DNA of 41,264 bases from positions 1 to 41,264 of the forward strand of contig DAOVET010000016.1 of NCBI GenBank assembly GCA_030668825.1, written 5' to 3'. This document shows, in pieces, positions 18,164 through 26,721 of this stretch. The position numbers and the translations under genes are program-made. Origin of the DNA: Candidatus Heimdallarchaeota archaeon (lineage in GTDB: Archaea > Asgardarchaeota > Heimdallarchaeia > Heimdallarchaeales > Heimdallarchaeaceae). The notes beneath the pieces are model-generated. The model had not been told where the DNA came from. It saw only the letters and a list, made by a program, of their open reading frames with translations, and did no database searches. The first letter of the stretch is position 1. Every line of letters starts with the position of its first letter.

Positions 18164-21138
18164 TTCCTCTTAGAATGATCTGGACATCTATATTGTTCTT
18201 CTTCTTTAAACACGCCTTTCTTCACTCTCTTTTTTGAATGCTTACTGCAAATCACTTTACCACAGGTTGAACATTTGATGATATGATCCTCGCACACATG
18301 GTTATCACAGAAAGCACATGTGGTTCCCTTTTCAGATGATACAATATTTTTACAATATGAACAAACAACTGCGTGATCTGAGCATATTATTTCATGTGTT
18401 ATGCTATCTGTAACGGTATGATCTTGACAGAGAACACTTCCACAGACTGAACACACATCTGGAGTTGACACGAATAACATTTTTGCTGCTTGTTTTGTGA
18501 GACACAAATCACATAGTAAGTGAATCTCAGTACCTAGAACAGATTCAGCAATCCCATGAACATTAATTTTATTGCCTTTTGCATCTGATACAGCAATTTC
18601 AGCTAATGAAACTGGAATATAAATCAAAGCAGCATAGATGTCCCGTATTTCTGAACTTTTCGGAATAATGAATTCCTTCTTAGCGGTTAAACGAAGATTA
18701 TCTTCAATTAATCTGACTTTGGGGGATTCTTTAGCTATTTTGTTAATTTCCTTTATTCTAGCAATTGCTTTCTCCACATCTTTCACAAAGTTCTTCACAA
18801 CCTCAGGGCCAAATTTGATGGTTTCTACTGCTTTATTGTAATCAGTAACATCATTATTACTCTTGAATTTGTATTTATCCTCAATCAATGGTTTAAGAGT
18901 AACATAGAGAGCCTTTGCTTGCTCAATTTTTGCTGTAAACTGTTTCACTTTATTTCTTTTATTATCAATTTCCTTCCAGAGTGCATCTTTTTCCTTCTCT
19001 AATTCTTCTAACCAATTTTGTATTTCAGCTTCATGTTCTTTCTCAATAGTTACTAGTCCTTCTTTAATACAACTTTGCCAAGCTTGAACATAGAATGTTT
19101 GATCTATCAGGAGAACATCATGAAATGATTCAAGGATGGATTCAGGTTTTCTTTGAACTTCTAATTGTTTAATATTAGCTGATGATGCTGAGAATAAACT
19201 TCCAAGATTTTTCATTGGAAGGATTGAAATAAGTTCTTCAAATACTTCTTCAGCTTGAATTGGAATACTTGTTTGTCCCCAAATCTTCTCTTTGTCACCA
19301 AATTCTATACGATCTATTAAAGGAAAAATTCTTCTTATTGGTAGTTCAAGCAAAGCATTTTCCCATCTTTCTGCATTAGCATAATGAACTTTAAGTCTTC
19401 GCTTAGCCTTTATTTGAAAATCGAGATACAAAAAGGGAACATATGCAAGGTTGAGACTCTCGGTTCCTAGATAGTTTATTTTCCTAGTTCCAAAGAATTT
19501 TTCCAATAATTCTTTGAACTCTACTGGCTCATACATCAAGTACTGTTCTTTCATTGACTTGATTACATTAGTTAGGTCAATGGGTTCTAAGACTGAGATG
19601 TCAGATTCTTCTTCAATTTCATCTCTCTCCTCCGATTCGATTTCTTCAGTTGCTTTTCTTATTTCTTCTTCAACTGCATCGTCTTCATCATCAATAAGAT
19701 CTACTTGTTGGTCAAGCAAACTAGTAGTTTTAGTAAATTTTCTAATAGCGGATAATTCTTTTTCCAAATCCTCTAAATTAAGTTCTTTTTCAATATCTTC
19801 AAAATCCACAGAGTCAATATCATGATCATAATCACCTATCTGTTTGCATAAGGTTGCAGGTGGATACTCATACATTTTTGCTACATCTTCATCTGAAAGA
19901 GTTTGGTGAACTGAGTAGAGTCTTCTTGTAATAATGTGTACTGGAGCATTGAAATTATCTGGTGAAAGAATGTAAAATTCTCCACTCCTGAATTTTTGCA
20001 ATTGGTCTACTATGAATCTAGCTTCAGGGTGAGATTGAAGCATTTTGTCAACTATTCTCAAATCTTGAGGAGTGACGAATCTACCAAAGAGAAAGGTGCT
20101 CACTTGACCAAAAGATTTGTAATCTACATCGCTTATATTCTGAGTTGCTACCACCATAGATAAACCATATTTCCTGCCTTGTTTGAATAGAAGCTGTAAC
20201 CACTGTTTTGTAGGGGGGTTTTTTGGATGAGGTGGAATTAGTTGAGGTGGTCCTGCCAGTTCATCAATGTAAAAAATGAGTTGAGGATCTGTAGATGGGT
20301 TAGAGCGAATGTAAGTGTAAAGATTTTGAGCTAGGGTTGTAATGTAGAGTTCCCTTAGTCTTAGGTTTGAAAGAGTATTCATAAAAATTATAGCAATTCT
20401 GATTTTATTTGGATTAGTTGGGCGAATCAGATTTTGAACAGACAATTTTGGTCCTAGGTTGAATACAAGAGAAGAAGCTCCTACATTAATCGATTTTATT
20501 CTTTTTATTAGTGAATCCTTCTCTTTTTGTGATAATAAAGTCCTAATGCTTTCTGATAGATATGCTTTTTCTGTTCTAATCAAATCAATTAACATCTCAA
20601 AGTTAGCTATCAAAATGTCTTTTTCTAAACACTGATCAAAAAGAGAGACCAAATAAGCTTTTACTGCTCCCCCCTTTTCTGTATTAATTTTGTATTTAAG
20701 TACATTTACCATAGTTGTAGCAATACCATCTATAGCTAAAATTTTCTCCTCCTTGTCCAATTCTTGAGGAGGCATTATAAGAGGATTAATTGAAAGAGGA
20801 ATCCCTTTTTCAGATGCAGGTGTAAAAATTACAACTTCAACCTTATCTTTGTATTCATTGTAAAACTCCTCTGAAATGCCATAAGGTTTCAGTTTCTCAT
20901 AATCTTCAACCATAGCCAAGCAGCTTATATCGCCTTGAGGATCAATAATAATTGCAGGAATTTCATGTCTCACAGCTTCCTCAATAAGTATTTTACATGC
21001 GACTGTTTTACCTGATCCTGTTTGCCCAAAAACGCTTATGTGTTTATTTAAAGCCTTTAGAGGTAAAAATACATCTTCATCTGTAGAATGTTCTTTTCCT
21101 AAATAAAGAGAAGGATTGGATCTACCTGTATCTGACAT
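18160..21138 (-). CDS. HerA/FtsK/VirB4-superfamily ATPase with acidic linker, coiled coil and C-terminal Cys/His zinc repeats
   Basis: KHISVFGQTGSGKT, IIIDPQGD, FYIDE and KQGRKYGLSMVVATQ. C-terminal CxxC/CxxH repeats. Probable start MSDTG at 21138. Confidence 0.88.
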   Translation of the reverse strand: MSDTGRSNPSLYLGKEHSTDEDVFLPLKALNKHISVFGQTGSGKTVACKILIEEAVRHEIPAIIIDPQGDISCLAMVEDYEKLKPYGISEEFYNEYKDKVEVVIFTPASEKGIPLSINPLIMPPQELDKEEKILAIDGIATTMVNVLKYKINTEKGGAVKAYLVSLFDQCLEKDILIANFEMLIDLIRTEKAYLSESIRTLLSQKEKDSLIKRIKSINVGASSLVFNLGPKLSVQNLIRPTNPNKIRIAIIFMNTLSNLRLRELYITTLAQNLYTYIRSNPSTDPQLIFYIDELAGPPQLIPPHPKNPPTKQWLQLLFKQGRKYGLSMVVATQNISDVDYKSFGQVSTFLFGRFVTPQDLRIVDKMLQSHPEARFIVDQLQKFRSGEFYILSPDNFNAPVHIITRRLYSVHQTLSDEDVAKMYEYPPATLCKQIGDYDHDIDSVDFEDIEKELNLEDLEKELSAIRKFTKTTSLLDQQVDLIDDEDDAVEEEIRKATEEIESEERDEIEEESDISVLEPIDLTNVIKSMKEQYLMYEPVEFKELLEKFFGTRKINYLGTESLNLAYVPFLYLDFQIKAKRRLKVHYANAERWENALLELPIRRIFPLIDRIEFGDKEKIWGQTSIPIQAEEVFEELISILPMKNLGSLFSASSANIKQLEVQRKPESILESFHDVLLIDQTFYVQAWQSCIKEGLVTIEKEHEAEIQNWLEELEKEKDALWKEIDNKRNKVKQFTAKIEQAKALYVTLKPLIEDKYKFKSNNDVTDYNKAVETIKFGPEVVKNFVKDVEKAIARIKEINKIAKESPKVRLIEDNLRLTAKKEFIIPKSSEIRDIYAALIYIPVSLAEIAVSDAKGNKINVHGIAESVLGTEIHLLCDLCLTKQAAKMLFVSTPDVCSVCGSVLCQDHTVTDSITHEIICSDHAVVCSYCKNIVSSEKGTTCAFCDNHVCEDHIIKCSTCGKVICSKHSKKRVKKGVFKEEEQYRCPDHSKRK

Positions 21139-21194
21139 AATCTTCAATTAAAGAGGAGAATCAAAATATAAAAACTATTGTAAAATAGATTTAG

Positions 21195-21212
21195 AGAACA
21201 AAAAAAAAAGGA
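21195..21212 (-). terminator. T-tract terminator
   Basis: A-run on the + strand (T-run on the - strand) just after the stop of the 117-aa gene. Confidence 0.4.
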
Positions 21213-21220
21213 ATTAAAAA

Positions 21221-21574
21221 TTATGCGCCAGCTATAATAAAGAATATGCCTCCAATTAAAGTTAAAATTGCTGGAAGACCACTTCCAATAATAGCAAAAA
21301 CTATCAGCAATATTCCAATAACAACATAAGATAAACCAAAGCGTCCTAAACATAATAGAACTACAAGTGCTCCAATTGCAATCAATATTATTCCAAGAAT
21401 TAGAGGTTGCAGTCCTCCACCAATTTTATCCAGCCAAGATGCTGTATAGAATACATCCATAATTCCAGCTGCTATGGTTTCTAATATTGTTAAAACTCCA
21501 ACTACGATCCAGAAAGCACCACCGAGTACTCCAAAAATAGTACCCCATTGTGCCAGTTCTTTTTTCTTAGCCAT
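21221..21574 (-). CDS. Small Gly-rich membrane protein (paralog of neighbour)
   Basis: 117 aa, about 4 hydrophobic segments, C-terminal GLPAILTLIGGIFFIIA. Confidence 0.8.
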   Translation of the reverse strand: MAKKKELAQWGTIFGVLGGAFWIVVGVLTILETIAAGIMDVFYTASWLDKIGGGLQPLILGIILIAIGALVVLLCLGRFGLSYVVIGILLIVFAIIGSGLPAILTLIGGIFFIIAGA

Positions 21575-21640
21575 AAAGCCTAATTAAAGGTTGTTCTATT
21601 TAAATTTTCTTTAAGTAATAAATATAATAATTAGAAAAAA

Positions 21641-22006
21641 CTATCGCTTTCTTGTGGAAGCAATAATAAACAATATTCCGCCAACTACTGCAAATAATCC
21701 TGGAATCCCCAGACCAAATATTCCAATGATTATTAGTATGATACCAGTAACTAAATCTGGAGGTTCAGCTCCTACTAAAATTATTATAGCAGCACCTAAA
21801 ACTACTCCAATAATTGCTAATACTATAGTAGTTAATGGAACGGTAAATAAAACTGTTTTCACAATTAAATCTTGAACGATATTTGGTAGGTAAGGTGAAG
21901 GAAGAAAATGATTAAGAAATAACAGAGCAGCACCTAGAACAAATAACACCCCTCCAGTGTAAGATAATATTTTTGCCCATCTCTTAAGGTCTCTTTTTCT
22001 AGCCAT
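21641..22006 (-). CDS. Small Gly-rich membrane protein (paralog of neighbour)
   Basis: 121 aa, MARKRDLKRW versus MAKKKELAQW in the neighbour, C-terminal GIPGLFAVVGGILFIIA. Confidence 0.8.
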   Translation of the reverse strand: MARKRDLKRWAKILSYTGGVLFVLGAALLFLNHFLPSPYLPNIVQDLIVKTVLFTVPLTTIVLAIIGVVLGAAIIILVGAEPPDLVTGIILIIIGIFGLGIPGLFAVVGGILFIIASTRKR

Positions 22007-22048
22007 ATGAAAAATAAGGGGGCATCCCTTTTAAGATTAATGGCCACT

Positions 22049-22942
22049 CTAAAGGAACGTTCCTTTTGCAGTTAGTATATGGGGGCTCACACCGCTTGAA
22101 AATCTAACTACAACTGTTTTATCAATTGAAGAGCTTTTTCCATGAAGTCTTGTAATAGTTCCTATAAGATGTTTATCAGAATTTGGGAAATTGACTTTAA
22201 CTCTTCTACCAAGATATTTTTCTAATGGAATCTCAGTTTCATAGAGTTTCATAGTAACAGTTCTATTCTTAGATTTTCCTGCACCATCATGTAAAATTCT
22301 GGTAACAACACCAAATGTTGTAGAAATCTTAGCTAACCTCTTTGGTTTAGATTTCTTAGTTCTATTCTTTTTAATTGTAAAAATGTGAGTACCTTGTTCT
22401 ATAGCTTTTCTAGTAGCTTCTGAAACTGTAGTTTTGACAGCTACCTTTTTCTTTACTGGAGCTTTTGCAACAGGCTGTCTTACAGAAGGTCTAGGTTCAG
22501 TTTTCTTTACAACTGCTTTTGGAGTTGTTTTAGGAACCTTCGGTTTAGGAATTACTTTAACTATACTTTCTGTTATAGGCTTCTTCGCAGTAGGAATCTT
22601 AGTAATAGGTTTTTTAGCAGTAGGAACCTTAGCAGTAGGAACCTTAGTAACAGGCTTTTTAGCAGTAGGCTTTTTAGCAGTAGGCTTTTTAGCAGTAGGC
22701 TTTTTAGCAGTAGGAACCTTAGCAGTAGGCTTTTTAGCAGTAGGAACCTTAGTAACAGGTTTAATTTCTTTAGCACTAGCAATAATTTTTTCTGCTATTG
22801 ATTTACCAATGCCTGGTAACTGAGATAATTCTTCTGTTGTTGCTTTAGCTAATTTTTCTATTGTATTATAACCACAATCTTCTAATGTTTTTGCAGCTTT
22901 AGGTCCAACACCAGATAATTTTAGAAGCTCACTTTCAGCCAT
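22049..22942 (-). CDS. HhH domain - Lys/Pro-rich repeat linker - ribosomal protein eL33 (L35Ae)-like fusion
   Basis: N-terminal LSGVGPKAA..L...GY.TIE.LA.....EL..LPGIG (HHH_5 type). C-terminal KYLGRRV....N.DKHLIGTITRLHG....VVVRFSSG resembles the archaeal L35Ae signature (IGR.V.W.....GKI.R.HG..G.V.ARF). Confidence 0.75.
   Translation of the reverse strand: MAESELLKLSGVGPKAAKTLEDCGYNTIEKLAKATTEELSQLPGIGKSIAEKIIASAKEIKPVTKVPTAKKPTAKVPTAKKPTAKKPTAKKPTAKKPVTKVPTAKVPTAKKPITKIPTAKKPITESIVKVIPKPKVPKTTPKAVVKKTEPRPSVRQPVAKAPVKKKVAVKTTVSEATRKAIEQGTHIFTIKKNRTKKSKPKRLAKISTTFGVVTRILHDGAGKSKNRTVTMKLYETEIPLEKYLGRRVKVNFPNSDKHLIGTITRLHGKSSSIDKTVVVRFSSGVSPHILTAKGTFL
22581..22762 (-). repeat. 15-bp coding tandem repeat (about 12 units; KKPTA/KVPTA/KKPVT)
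   Basis: Repeated TTAGCAGTAGGCTTT / TTAGCAGTAGGAACC units. Confidence 0.95.
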
Positions 22943-23089
22943 TATTTTACACCTTTTTAACAATCAGAAATCTGGAAAATAGTTTTAAAAACCTTTAGAT
23001 TGAAATGATTTTTCAGAAAGAACATAGAATCATAAAATTTCAACTGAATCTAAAGAAACTTAAAATATGAGTAAAGTATGAAACTATAA

Positions 23090-23749
23090 TTGCATAGGTC
23101 TAATACTCTGGTGATTACATTGAGTGGTACTATTCTTCTGACAGGTTTTGAACCTTTTGGGGGTTCAGACATCAATTCATCTATACTAGCATGTAGAGAG
23201 TATGAAAATAAATTAATAGAGGGATATACAGTAAAAGTCCTTGAAATCCCCTTACGATTTAAGGAGATTCGAACTACCATTGAGCAACTAATCCAATATG
23301 AACAGCCTCTAGCTGTCATTTGTACAGGACAATCATCCCGATATGGAATATCACTAGAACGTGTAGCAATTAATATTGCTGATGTGATCAAATCAACATA
23401 CAACTGTGGTGAATCCCCAAAGAACGAAATTCTAGCAAAAGATGCTCCAGCAGGATATTTTTCTACACTACCTTTACAACAGATTAAAAGAGATTTGGAA
23501 GAAAACAAAATTCCCGTTAATATTTCTAATAGCGCAGGTACTTATGGATGTAATCAGATTTTCTTCCATTTAATGCATTTTATAAATAATGAAAATCTAA
23601 ACATTTCCGCAGGATTTGTTCATGTTCCATCTTTACCTGAACAAGTTGTTGGTAAAAATCTTCCTTCAATGTCATTGGAACTAACAACGAAAGCTCTAGG
23701 AATCATTATCGGTTCAACAATTAAGCATATAAAAAAATCTGAGAAGTGA
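23090..23749 (+). CDS. pcp: Pyroglutamyl-peptidase I (start may be 23111 or 23120)
   Basis: LLTGFEPFGG, ERVAIN, SNSAGTYGCN and GFVHVP (Glu/Cys/His triad). Confidence 0.94.
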   Translation: MHRSNTLVITLSGTILLTGFEPFGGSDINSSILACREYENKLIEGYTVKVLEIPLRFKEIRTTIEQLIQYEQPLAVICTGQSSRYGISLERVAINIADVIKSTYNCGESPKNEILAKDAPAGYFSTLPLQQIKRDLEENKIPVNISNSAGTYGCNQIFFHLMHFINNENLNISAGFVHVPSLPEQVVGKNLPSMSLELTTKALGIIIGSTIKHIKKSEK

Positions 23750-23753
23750 TAAT

Positions 23754-24167
23754 ATGAAAGAGTACGAATATCTAGCTCTGAAAGATCACGAATTCATAGA
23801 AATGATTGATGCTATCTCCAGAGAAAGAAATACCCTAAAAGTTAAGAAAAAAACAGAGAAACAAATTACTTTGGCATGTCAAGTAGCTATTCCCGTTGCA
23901 TTTATCAAATTCTTCGTTCATCAACAAAATGGAAACCTTAAAGTTCAAAGAAAAATCAGCTGGTGGCCATTATTTGCTTTTACAATCCCCCTATTTTTAG
24001 CTATTGAAGGAATAATGGTTGGAATTTCTTTTGCTATTGACAACCATATATATTTCAGTTATATTCTGATAGCTTTAGCATGGGTTGTTGCAGTCATTTT
24101 TTTTACCTATCAGATTTTTGAAGAATTAGATCTTATTCTAAAAAAATTATATCGCGTTGAGGTGTAG
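23754..24167 (+). CDS. Hypothetical membrane protein (2 C-terminal TM)
   Basis: 137-aa ORF lying between pcp and the PHP gene in the same orientation. Confidence 0.7.
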   Translation: MKEYEYLALKDHEFIEMIDAISRERNTLKVKKKTEKQITLACQVAIPVAFIKFFVHQQNGNLKVQRKISWWPLFAFTIPLFLAIEGIMVGISFAIDNHIYFSYILIALAWVVAVIFFTYQIFEELDLILKKLYRVEV

Positions 24168-24170
24168 ACA

Positions 24171-25028
24171 ACGAAAATTGATATGCATAGTCACAGCAAT
24201 TTTTCAGATGGTATTTATTCACCAGAAGAATTGCTAGAATTAGCTCAAAAGGAAGATCTGAAGCTGTTTTCTATTACTGATCATGATACACTTGAAGGTA
24301 CCATTGTTGCTGAAAAGATAGCTGACAATTACTCTTTTGCATATCTTACAGGCATTGAATTATCTGCAAGATATGAACAAACAAAGATAGAAATTTTAGG
24401 ATATAACTTGGATTCTAAAAGCACAAGATTATTTGAGAAAATGACATTCCTTCAGGAAAAAAGAAATGAGAGAGTCTTTAAAATCTTGAAGAAATTAGAG
24501 GAAATGAATCTAGATGTTACATATGATGATATCTCAAAACAAATTGGAGGTGGAGTTAGTCCCGGAAGACCACATTTAGCCAGAGCGATGATCGAAAAGA
24601 AAATTGTAAAAACAATAAATGAGGCTTTTGAGAAATATCTTGGAAATGGAAAACCAGCTTATGTCAAAAGAGAAACAATAGCTCCCCAAGAGGCAATAGA
24701 ATTGATTCTAAGTGGAAATGGTACAGCTGTTCTTCCTCATCCATTGCTTGTTGAGGGTGAAAATCTACAGAAACTGGAGGAATACCTTGAATTACTAATG
24801 TCTTGGAAACTGGATGGAATTGAAGTTTATTATGATTACAACCATATTGAAACGTTTCTTCCAAAAAGAAAAATCAAAGCAGGAATCGAATTTCTTAGCG
24901 ACTATTGTAAAAAGAATGATTTACTAATAACAGGAGGATCAGATTTCCATGGGGATACTGGGAAGCTAGGATCAGTTAAGATCCCCAAAGAGGAAATTAA
25001 GAATATTTTTTCCTATTTTAACTTGTAA
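24171..25028 (+). CDS. PHP-domain phosphoesterase (TrpH/YciV-like)
   Basis: KIDMHSHSNFSDG, ITDHDT, GIELS, GRPHLA, LPHP and TGGSDFHG. Best start appears to be ACG at 24171, behind GAGGTG. Confidence 0.9.
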   Translation, partial: TKIDMHSHSNFSDGIYSPEELLELAQKEDLKLFSITDHDTLEGTIVAEKIADNYSFAYLTGIELSARYEQTKIEILGYNLDSKSTRLFEKMTFLQEKRNERVFKILKKLEEMNLDVTYDDISKQIGGGVSPGRPHLARAMIEKKIVKTINEAFEKYLGNGKPAYVKRETIAPQEAIELILSGNGTAVLPHPLLVEGENLQKLEEYLELLMSWKLDGIEVYYDYNHIETFLPKRKIKAGIEFLSDYCKKNDLLITGGSDFHGDTGKLGSVKIPKEEIKNIFSYFNL

Positions 25029-25394
25029 GAATTCCATACCTTTTGTAATAGTTCAGGATCATCAGAAAAAATATTATCGACACCCCATTCAAAAGGTTCA
25101 TCATGGTTTGTTCATCATTAATTACCCAAGGATGAACAGCTAAATTCAATTTATGGGCTCTTTCAATACTTTTCTGAGTAACAATTTTCAGAAAATTATA
25201 ATTAATAGGAACTTGAAAAACATAGAATTTTTTATGGGAGAATAATGTAAAGTGACCAAGAAAAGCTAAGACTTCTAGACGGTTTGCACTTGTAGGTATA
25301 CTCCATTGTACACTTATATCACTAAATCTCTTGATTTGTTTATGGTGAAACGAACCCAATAAAAACCAATCTTGAGTATTTGAAGAAATTATAG
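24939..25394. repeat. Left copy of diverged ~456-bp direct repeat (PHP 3' end + GDPD 3' half)
   Basis: Aligns to 30798-31254 with one 1-bp indel. 25241-25311 is identical to 31101-31171. Confidence 0.95.
25013..25394 (-). pseudogene. Truncated, frameshifted 3' fragment of GDPD
   Basis: GSFHHKQIKRFSDISVQWSIPTSANRLEV...VHPWVIND matches the 30872-31693 protein. There is no 5' half, and a 1-bp deletion near 25091 shifts the frame. Confidence 0.9.
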
Positions 25395-25520
25395 ATAAAA
25401 TAGTTTAATTCTAATTAACAGAAAAAAAAGAAAAAAGAGAAGACAAAATTGGTTTTCAATTGGTGGAATCGCTCCTCCAAGAGATGAGAATCTACAAACC
25501 TATAGATCTGTTTTCTACAC

Positions 25521-26576
25521 TCACTTCGCACCTTTATGTTTTGAATTAAGGCGTCTAAGAAAATTATTTTTTACACTTAAAGCTAATAAATAACCAATCA
25601 CTGATATACCTACACCACATAAAACATCGATTATAAAGTGATGATTGAAATAGATTGCTCCTAGGAATATAGCTATACTGTAGGGAATTGTTAAATATAG
25701 TGATTTTTTCCATTTTTGATGAATACACAAGGTTGCTGATAAAGCGTAAACAGCATGAACACTAGGGAATGCTGCAAAAGAGTTTTGTTCAAATGTTCCA
25801 TAATACCACGAAAAAATATTCACTCCTAAAATCTCATCGATTCTTCCTAGACCAGCTGTTATATTCTGGCTATAATCTAATGTAATATCAGGTTGAACAA
25901 AACCATATTGATTAATATACCAAGGAGCTGCTGCGGGAAAACTCACAAAGAGAATAAAGGAGAGTAATGTTACAGTGTAGAAAGTAATTACAAGAAATTT
26001 GAAGTTTTTCCCATCTCCTTTAAAATACAAGTATATCCCAAAAACTAAGGGAACAAAGGCATGTAATAGATAAATGCCCCCTAAAATAAGATCAATAGGA
26101 ATAGAATGTAAAGCTGAATAAAAACATTGATTAGGAGTCATTCCTCCAAAAATCCATCCAAATATTTTCATCTCTAAGTGATAGATTTCTCCTGTAAGAA
26201 CACGTGGATACAGTAAATTTCCTTTTATTTTTGACATTAACTCATAAGTAATCCAAAGTATGAAAAAAGGTAAACTGTTAATTAATAATGTAATAGGGGA
26301 TTTAGAGGTTTTAAATTTCATCAAATAAAGAACTGTAGAAAGAACAGCGAAAAAAATAAAAACAATCCCTGATAATAATGAAATAAATACAAGTCCTTCT
26401 CCATTCAAAATAATTAAAATAATATTAAAGAGAAGATAAATTGTAGCGAAAAAAATGTGATATTGTCCGCTTTTAAAATCTTGCATTATTTTCTTTGATA
26501 ACGGTGTTTGTGTAAGTGTTATTTTCTCTTCTAATTGTTTAGTTTCTCCATTTCTTCCCAATTCCAATTCTATCAC
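25521..26576 (-). CDS. PAP2-superfamily, Aur1/inositol-phosphorylceramide-synthase-like membrane enzyme
   Basis: YLLH, FPAAAPWY, AGLGRID, FAAFPSVH and YFNHHFIIDV match the Aur1/PAP2_3 conserved domains. About 8 TM. Confidence 0.85.
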   Translation of the reverse strand: MIELELGRNGETKQLEEKITLTQTPLSKKIMQDFKSGQYHIFFATIYLLFNIILIILNGEGLVFISLLSGIVFIFFAVLSTVLYLMKFKTSKSPITLLINSLPFFILWITYELMSKIKGNLLYPRVLTGEIYHLEMKIFGWIFGGMTPNQCFYSALHSIPIDLILGGIYLLHAFVPLVFGIYLYFKGDGKNFKFLVITFYTVTLLSFILFVSFPAAAPWYINQYGFVQPDITLDYSQNITAGLGRIDEILGVNIFSWYYGTFEQNSFAAFPSVHAVYALSATLCIHQKWKKSLYLTIPYSIAIFLGAIYFNHHFIIDVLCGVGISVIGYLLALSVKNNFLRRLNSKHKGAK

Positions 26577-26599
26577 TCCTTAATATCAATTTACTTATG

Positions 26600-26650
26600 A
26601 AAAAAAAAACGACCAGTACTTCTCTAATATTCTTCTGTTGCTGATCGTTT
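26600..26650 (-). terminator. Hairpin plus U-tract (bacterial-style intrinsic terminator) after the radical SAM gene
   Basis: On the - strand AAACGATCAG pairs with CTGGTCGTTT (one G-U pair) and is followed by a T-run. The loop is long. Confidence 0.45.
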
Positions 26651-26721
26651 GGTTATTCGTTTAAGGCTTGTTTTAAAAGATTCGAAAGTTCTCCTTATCT
26701 TTGTTCTAAATTTGTCAAACA

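Noticed and set aside
22581-22762. Short repeats as a possible CRISPR array
   Set aside because: The 15-bp units are contiguous, have no spacers and are in frame within a protein.
22434-22823. ORFs 22434-22823 (+) and 22573-22782 (-, LLLK repeats)
   Set aside because: Alternative-frame shadows of the coding tandem repeat.
24165-24167. Pyrrolysine/amber recoding at the in-frame TAG
   Set aside because: No pyl genes are in the window, TAG is an ordinary stop for many genes here, and the SD + ACG explanation is simpler.
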